20,000 nucleotides of DNA from an uncultured virus (IMG/VR IMGVR_UViG_2687453182_000005). Taxonomy: Duplodnaviria; Heunggongvirae; Uroviricota; Caudoviricetes. The position numbers were made by a program, and so were the translations under genes. Shown here in pieces: positions 15,186 to 20,000 of the stretch; positions within the stretch are counted from its first letter, which is position 1; each line of letters starts with the position of its first letter. The notes under the pieces are model-generated. The model was not told the origin of the DNA. It saw nothing but the letters and a program-made list of their open reading frames with translations, and ran no database searches. Location: IMG/VR virus record IMGVR_UViG_2687453182_000005; one strand, 5' to 3'.

Positions 15186-15633
15186 CACAATAACAGTAAG
15201 CGGGAATTTAGGTAAAGATTGCGAACAGCGATGGACGCCAAATGGCAAGGCGATTGCATCTTTTAGTTTGCCAGTGAAACAAGGTTACGGAGAACACGAA
15301 AAAGTATCTTGGGTTATCTGCAAGATGTTTGGTTCTAAAGCTGAAAAGCTACCTCCGCATCTAACCAAAGGAATAAAGGTTACAGTTACTGGTGAGTTCG
15401 TCATGGAAGAATGGACAAGCCAGAGTGGCGAGAAGAAATCAGCTCCAGTAATTGTCGTTAACCAATTGGATTTTGGCGGTAACGGTGGTAATCAGGCAGG
15501 AAGCCAGAAGCCACAGCAGAATCAAGGATGGGGCCAACCACAGCAACCGCAAGCACCAAAACAAGCATCGAGTAATCAAACACCACAAAGTGAGCCACCT
15601 CAAGATTGGGATGACCAAGAAATACCCTTCTAA
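15175..15633 (+). CDS. ssb: Single-stranded DNA-binding protein
   Basis: OB fold start [15 protein letters not shown]; Gln/Gly linker; acidic tail DDQEIPF. Confidence 0.95.
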   Translation: MAINTITVSGNLGKDCEQRWTPNGKAIASFSLPVKQGYGEHEKVSWVICKMFGSKAEKLPPHLTKGIKVTVTGEFVMEEWTSQSGEKKSAPVIVVNQLDFGGNGGNQAGSQKPQQNQGWGQPQQPQAPKQASSNQTPQSEPPQDWDDQEIPF

Positions 15634-15665
15634 CCACCCTACCCGTTTAACCAAAGGATATAACC

Positions 15666-15827
15666 ATGAACACACCTGAGAAATTGCAGGATTTTATTTA
15701 TTATTTAACTAAAGACGCCGCCCGAAATTCATTTGAAGAATGGCGGGAAGATATTGGAATTAGTTATGAACAATACGCCGAAATAAAAGAATGGTTCAAG
15801 CAATTTGATATTAAGCCATACGTTTAA
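15666..15827 (+). CDS. 53-aa hypothetical protein (not in ORF track)
   Basis: AAGGA SD; MNTPEKLQDFIYYLTKDAARNSFEEWREDIGISYEQYAEIKEWFKQFDIKPYV. Confidence 0.65.
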   Translation: MNTPEKLQDFIYYLTKDAARNSFEEWREDIGISYEQYAEIKEWFKQFDIKPYV

Positions 15828-15866
15828 TTATAGGGCTCAGTGCAAGGATGCAAACAGGAGATAGAT

Positions 15867-16193
15867 ATGACAGATAAACTCAAAGAAGAGATTAACGCAC
15901 TTCAACAAGAAGTAGCTAGAGGTCACGTATATGAGTGGGAGTTACACAGACTAAATTTATTACTTTTAGTGATTGAGCATTACCTTTCAGAAAATAATTC
16001 CAAAGAGGCTCACTTGTGGGCGCAAAGCATATTCCAGTGGATTGACTCAGAGTTTTACGAAGAGATGAAAAGCAATACTGGAGATATTAACGCTTGGTTT
16101 AATAAACAAATGGAAGGCGCAGTAAGCACCGAGCGGGCGTTAAAAATAACTCGTGAGTTATATCCAGAAATTGAAAAGCTACGGACAGCTTAA
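15867..16193 (+). CDS. Hypothetical protein (108 aa)
   Basis: AGGAG SD before MTDKLKEE. Confidence 0.75.
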   Translation: MTDKLKEEINALQQEVARGHVYEWELHRLNLLLLVIEHYLSENNSKEAHLWAQSIFQWIDSEFYEEMKSNTGDINAWFNKQMEGAVSTERALKITRELYPEIEKLRTA

Positions 16194-16228
16194 TTTAACT
16201 CGCAGGGATGCAATGAAGAGGAATGAAT

Positions 16229-16402
16229 ATGAGTAAGCAGATGGTTTTAGTTGCAAGAACAAACAAGGTTGGATCTGACTCTGAATGTGGTCTGGGTATT
16301 ACTGAGGACGAATGGGATAAATTAACCGAAGAAGAACAATCAGGATATATCAATACTGCAATTGATAATCTTGTTGATTGGTATGTGAAGACAGAGGGAT
16401 AA
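16229..16402 (+). CDS. 57-aa acidic hypothetical protein (not in ORF track)
   Basis: GAGG SD; MSKQMVLVARTNKVGSDSECGLGITEDEWDKLTEEEQSGYINTAIDNLVDWYVKTEG. Confidence 0.65.
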   Translation: MSKQMVLVARTNKVGSDSECGLGITEDEWDKLTEEEQSGYINTAIDNLVDWYVKTEG

Positions 16403-16411
16403 GGTGGAGTA

Positions 16412-16615
16412 ATGGATAAATCAATACCAGATTTAGCAGCTGAGTTTCATTGTCTGCTAGCGAAAATGGAAGAAGTTCACGGATCTGAAATAATATCATT
16501 AATAAACACCACTGAAGAAAACGTCAAAACCGCGATTAGAACAAACCGAATGTTACTTCATAGTTATTCGTATGAATTAAATAAATTGAAAAAGCAGGTT
16601 GATGACAATGGATAA
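16412..16615 (+). CDS. Hypothetical protein (67 aa)
   Basis: GGAG SD; bounded by a 14-bp direct repeat. Confidence 0.7.
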   Translation: MDKSIPDLAAEFHCLLAKMEEVHGSEIISLINTTEENVKTAIRTNRMLLHSYSYELNKLKKQVDDNG

Positions 16616-16862
16616 ATCAAGGCAGCAGTTTGAAGAGTGGCGCAGTAAGAATAAATCATCAACGATAAATCTATTCGATGTATGGCAAGCATCACGCGAG
16701 AATGCCGAGCCAGAAATTAAACATCATCAACTAAGAGAGCTCGTTAATACTGCGAGAGATACGGCAATTAAATATCAAGGGTGTCAATGCTTACGTTCAG
16801 CGTTAGAAGCATCCATAAGAAACAGCTTAACAAGCAATGGAGTGAAAATAAAAGATGAATAA
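16608..16862 (+). CDS. Hypothetical protein (84 aa)
   Basis: MDKSRQQFEEW...VWQASR, a common phage N-terminal motif; overlaps both neighbours. Confidence 0.7.
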   Translation: MDKSRQQFEEWRSKNKSSTINLFDVWQASRENAEPEIKHHQLRELVNTARDTAIKYQGCQCLRSALEASIRNSLTSNGVKIKDE

Positions 16863-17100
16863 TGAATATAATAGAGAACAAATGAAATTAGGTGTTCTAT
16901 ATGCTCGCAATCATTTAATTAGCTCATATAAAGCAAACTTTATTGAATGTGACGAATGCCAGTTCGCAATGTTTATGAATACATTATCTCTCGTTGCAAA
17001 CGAATCAATAGATATTGAATTAATGATGGAAAATGTTTTGTCATGTAATGATGAAGCTGAGAGCTGGATTAAAGAAACTCTAATTAAACATTCAAAATAA
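16855..17100 (+). CDS. Hypothetical protein (81 aa)
   Basis: Overlapping start; operon orientation; low GC. Confidence 0.65.
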   Translation: MNNEYNREQMKLGVLYARNHLISSYKANFIECDECQFAMFMNTLSLVANESIDIELMMENVLSCNDEAESWIKETLIKHSK

Positions 17101-17106
17101 ACAACC

Positions 17107-17277
17107 ATGCAAATAATCGGATATGTATTACTCATGCTAATGCAGGGTTCTGCTGTGCCTATTACAGAGCAAATATACACACAGCAAGAATGCAATAAAC
17201 GTGCTGAATATTTAATGTCAGTGAGGAATGTTGAAGTTGTTTGTGGAGAGGTGATTCGTGAAAGTAATGACAGATAA
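17107..17277 (+). CDS. 56-aa small protein with a hydrophobic N-terminus and a Cys pair (not in ORF track)
   Basis: MQIIGYVLLMLMQGSAVPITEQIYTQQECNKRAEYLMSVRNVEVVCGEVIRESNDR fills the gap in the operon; no clear SD. Confidence 0.55.
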   Translation: MQIIGYVLLMLMQGSAVPITEQIYTQQECNKRAEYLMSVRNVEVVCGEVIRESNDR

Positions 17278-17479
17278 AGAATTAGTTGATGTAGCAATAA
17301 TATTGGCTGGTAAGTTTTATTCAATGATGGGATATTCACATAGAGAGGGTTTTAAATACTGGGAATCACCTCACCCACAAGAAAGACTGGTCTTTGATAT
17401 GGCTTGTGAAGCATTGGAAATAATTAGAGGCTCCAATGTAATGGATGCGATTGATAATATGGAAGATGAAAATGAATAA
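17258..17479 (+). CDS. Hypothetical protein (73 aa)
   Basis: GAGGTG SD before the GTG; overlaps both neighbours. Confidence 0.7.
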   Translation: MKVMTDKELVDVAIILAGKFYSMMGYSHREGFKYWESPHPQERLVFDMACEALEIIRGSNVMDAIDNMEDENE

Positions 17480-17795
17480 ATACACTGAACTATCTGACTT
17501 CGAAGTTAATAAAAAGGTTGCTGAAAAGTTAGGACTGGCGTACGAAGTCACAAGGTACGGCGTGGTTACAAGGATGAGCAATAAAGAGCAGTGGCGTGAA
17601 TTCAATCCATGCAACAATCCAGCCGATGCAATGCCGATTATTATTGAGAATAAAATAGGGTTATCACCAATGTACCATTCTAATAAATGGACGGCTGATT
17701 GCCTTGATTATGACTTTATCTCAGTAAATAAAAATCCACTACGCGCCGCTATGGAATTATTTCTATTAATGAAGGATGCGGAGAATGAAGGCTGA
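17472..17795 (+). CDS. NinX/DUF2591-like protein
   Basis: Y.ELSDFEVNKKVA...FNPCNNPADAMPII...NPLRAAM..FL pattern. Confidence 0.75.
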   Translation: MNKYTELSDFEVNKKVAEKLGLAYEVTRYGVVTRMSNKEQWREFNPCNNPADAMPIIIENKIGLSPMYHSNKWTADCLDYDFISVNKNPLRAAMELFLLMKDAENEG

Positions 17796-18330
17796 CTACG
17801 GAGGTAGCCATACACCAAAGGAATTGCGTGATAGATGGCAAACTCCCCTACCTTTATTCACAGCATTGGACGCTGAATTTGGTTTCTATTTAGATGCCGC
17901 CGCCGATAAAAATAATGCTCTCTGTTCTCATTGCCTCACCGAAAAAGACGACTCGTTAAATTGCGACTGGGAAAGTTACGGGGCTATTTGGATTAACCCG
18001 CCCTATTCTGATATTCAGCCTTGGATTAATAAAGCCGCTGAGCAATGTAAAAAGCAATTGCAGACAGTCGTGATGTTAATACCGTCGGATACTTCTGTCG
18101 GTTGGTTTAATTCTGCATTAGAAACAGTTGATGAAGTTAGATTAATTACAGGAGGAAGAATATCTTTTATTAATGCAGAAACAAAAAAGCCAGTTAGCGG
18201 AAATAATAAAGGTTCTATGTTTTTAATATGGCGACCTTATATAACTCCTCGCAGAATAATCAATACTGTAAATAGAAATTATTTATTAAATATCGGCAAT
18301 AAAATATTAAATGAATGGAAAATAGCATAG
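17785..18330 (+). CDS. dam: Phage DNA N6-adenine methyltransferase (T1/HP1 Dam family)
   Basis: DRWQTP, F.LDAAA, catalytic NPPY, GRISF, GNNKGS. Confidence 0.92.
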   Translation: MKADYGGSHTPKELRDRWQTPLPLFTALDAEFGFYLDAAADKNNALCSHCLTEKDDSLNCDWESYGAIWINPPYSDIQPWINKAAEQCKKQLQTVVMLIPSDTSVGWFNSALETVDEVRLITGGRISFINAETKKPVSGNNKGSMFLIWRPYITPRRIINTVNRNYLLNIGNKILNEWKIA

Positions 18331-18337
18331 GTGAATT

Positions 18338-18412
18338 ATGACATTTACTGAATTTTCAGGGTTAATAGCACTATGTTTACTAATTTATTTAATTGAAACA
18401 GGGCAAGCGTAA
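18338..18412 (+). CDS. 24-aa hydrophobic micropeptide MTFTEFSGLIALCLLIYLIETGQA
   Basis: AGGTGA SD; fills the gap between dam and the next gene. Confidence 0.5.
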   Translation: MTFTEFSGLIALCLLIYLIETGQA

Positions 18413-18414
18413 TT

Positions 18415-18609
18415 ATGGGCATTATCGACTCAGCAAATGAAACAAACGAACTATATATTCAAGTGTCATTATCAAATCGCAAGGTAGCAATCAAATCATA
18501 TAACGGAATGTGTATCTGGTGTCACGAAGAACCAGTCGCACCTAATAGCGCATACTGCAGTAAAGATTGCGGTGATGATCATGAGCAGTATAAAAGGAAG
18601 AATGGATAG
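18415..18609 (+). CDS. Small C4 zinc-finger protein (TraR/DksA-like architecture)
   Basis: N-terminal IIDSANE helix followed by CIWC...CSKDC. Confidence 0.65.
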   Translation: MGIIDSANETNELYIQVSLSNRKVAIKSYNGMCIWCHEEPVAPNSAYCSKDCGDDHEQYKRKNG

Positions 18610-18618
18610 GAGGATATA

Positions 18619-18987
18619 ATGGAAGGGATGACCATGCCAAGAAAAGAAGCTGCCGCATATATTGGTATATCAGAAGATACCCTTTCTCGCTGGTGCAAGC
18701 TAGGATTGATTGCATACACAAGAAAGGACCCATCAAAGAAAAACTCGCCATACCTATTTACGAGAGCTGCGTGTATTGCGGCAGCTAATAAATCAATTCA
18801 CAATATACCAGTGAACGCTGGTGAGACACGAGAGGGAAAATCATGTCTTTATTCAGAAGAGGTAAAATATGGTACGGAAACTACACGACGCCAAGCGGTA
18901 AAAGAATCAAGGAATCTCTTGGCACAGAGGACAAGAAGCTCGCGCAGGAGTTGCACGACACAAGAAAGGTCGAGTTATGGCGCATAG
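18619..18987 (+). CDS. xis: Excisionase (P22 Xis-like HTH)
   Basis: [21 protein letters not shown] and [14 protein letters not shown]; long overlap with the int 5' end as in P22. Confidence 0.8.
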   Translation: MEGMTMPRKEAAAYIGISEDTLSRWCKLGLIAYTRKDPSKKNSPYLFTRAACIAAANKSIHNIPVNAGETREGKSCLYSEEVKYGTETTRRQAVKESRNLLAQRTRSSRRSCTTQERSSYGA

Positions 18988-20000
18988 AACGTCTTGGTGA
19001 CTTTCCTGATGTTACTTTCGAAGAGGCTATAGTTCGATGGATTGAAGAGAAAGCAGACAAAAAATCACTGGATGACGATAAAGGTCGGCTTTCTTTTTGG
19101 TTAGATCACTTTGAAGGTTACCGACTTAAGGATATTACAGAAGCAAAAATATATGCAGTTATCAATAAGATGGTAAACAGAAAAGCAAGGGAGAGATGGG
19201 AAAAACAAGCGGAATCAGCTAAAAGAAAGGGAAAGGAAATCCCCGCATTTACTGATATCCCTGTCAGTAACGCAACCAAGGCAAAGCATCTCGCCATCAT
19301 GAAATCTCTGTTAAGAGCTGCTGAACGTGACTGGAAATGGTTAGAAAAATCTCCCGTTATCAAAGTCCCAACAATCAGAGAAAAGCGGGTTCGGTGGTTA
19401 GAGCATCATGAAGCTAAAAGACTGATTCAAGAATGCCCTGAACCACTGAAATCCGTAGTTACATTTGCATTGGCCACTGGATTAAGGCGATCCAATATTA
19501 TCAATTTAGAGTGGAGTCAAATTGATATGCAAAGGAAAGTTGCATGGATAAACCCAGAGGATAGCAAATCAGGCCAAGCAATTGGTGTTGCTTTAAATGA
19601 CACTGCTTGTCAGGTTCTTAAGGAGCAAATAGGAAACCATCACAAGTGGGTATTTGTTCATACTGAATCAAAGAAGAGACCAGACGGAACATTAACGCCA
19701 AGTGTTAGAAAAATGCGAGTTGATTCTAACACAGCATGGAGAGCAGCGTTAAAAAGAGCAGGAATAGAAAACTTCCGTTTTCATGATCTGCGCCACACAT
19801 GGGCGAGTTGGTTAATTCAGTCCGGAGTTCCGCTTTCAGTATTACAAGAAATGGGCGGATGGGAATCAGTTGATATGGTTAGAAGGTATGCTCACCTAGC
19901 GCCTAATCATTTAACTGAACATGCAAAGCAAATAGACAGTATTTTTGGCACTTGCGTCCCAAATACGTCCCACTTAAGAAAAGTAGAGAATTTAAAATGA
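18843..20000 (+). CDS. int: Tyrosine integrase, P22-type
   Basis: TGLRRSN (R), SKSG (K), [11 protein letters not shown] (HxxR), GGW, RYAH (Y); stop at 19998-20000. Confidence 0.97.
   Translation: MSLFRRGKIWYGNYTTPSGKRIKESLGTEDKKLAQELHDTRKVELWRIERLGDFPDVTFEEAIVRWIEEKADKKSLDDDKGRLSFWLDHFEGYRLKDITEAKIYAVINKMVNRKARERWEKQAESAKRKGKEIPAFTDIPVSNATKAKHLAIMKSLLRAAERDWKWLEKSPVIKVPTIREKRVRWLEHHEAKRLIQECPEPLKSVVTFALATGLRRSNIINLEWSQIDMQRKVAWINPEDSKSGQAIGVALNDTACQVLKEQIGNHHKWVFVHTESKKRPDGTLTPSVRKMRVDSNTAWRAALKRAGIENFRFHDLRHTWASWLIQSGVPLSVLQEMGGWESVDMVRRYAHLAPNHLTEHAKQIDSIFGTCVPNTSHLRKVENLK
19955..19972. repeat. Tandem CGTCCCA repeats, probable integrase arm-type sites
   Basis: CGTCCCA-aata-CGTCCCA in the int 3' end, where P22-type att arm sites lie. 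Confidence 0.55.

Larger units (their letters stand above)
1..20000. mobile_element. Lambdoid prophage, early region (int through Q and the late leader)
   Basis: Canonical gene order int-xis-...-recT-recE-N-cI-cro-cII-O-helicase-nin-Q. Confidence 0.97.

Noticed and set aside
18843..18987. 145-nt xis/int overlap as an unusual feature
   Set aside because: A long xis-int overlap is normal for P22-type integration modules.
1047..19363. Antisense or alternative-frame ORFs in the track (e.g. 1047..1268, 1615..1803, 2192..2386, 3142..3447, 3551..3820, 6330..6533, 8916..9152, 9878..10093, 10196..10408, 13636..13869, 15452..15679, 16911..17339, 19118..19363)
   Set aside because: They are shadows of well-supported genes or regulatory regions, without clear SDs or recognisable motifs.

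Overview
The window is the early region of a lambdoid (P22/lambda-like) temperate prophage. Its low GC content would fit a Proteus/Morganellaceae-type host (inference, not verified). From right to left it holds: a P22-type integrase ending at base 20000, xis, a phage Dam methylase, many small pL-operon genes, ssb, recT, recE, a kil-like gene, N, pL/OL, a two-gene accessory cassette in the rexAB position, cI, OR/pR, cro, cII, an oop/SOS-box region, O with ori iterons, a DnaB helicase, the nin region (ninB, ninI phosphatase, ninF, ninG), Q, pR' and the start of the late leader. The core is conventional. The unexplained parts are: (i) a tight cluster of near-loopless DNA palindromes in the late leader; (ii) two convergent small-gene pairs, each with a lytic-strand gene facing an antisense moron and a predicted pseudoknot nearby; (iii) a 125-130 aa + 34 aa cassette at the rex hotspot; (iv) a hairpin-rich non-coding insert with an AUG-UAA minigene; (v) several microgenes bounded by short direct repeats; (vi) an orphan lambda-cI C-terminal scar after the resident cI; and (vii) an amber-interrupted nin gene. 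Family assignments come from recalled motifs and synteny, not from database searches.
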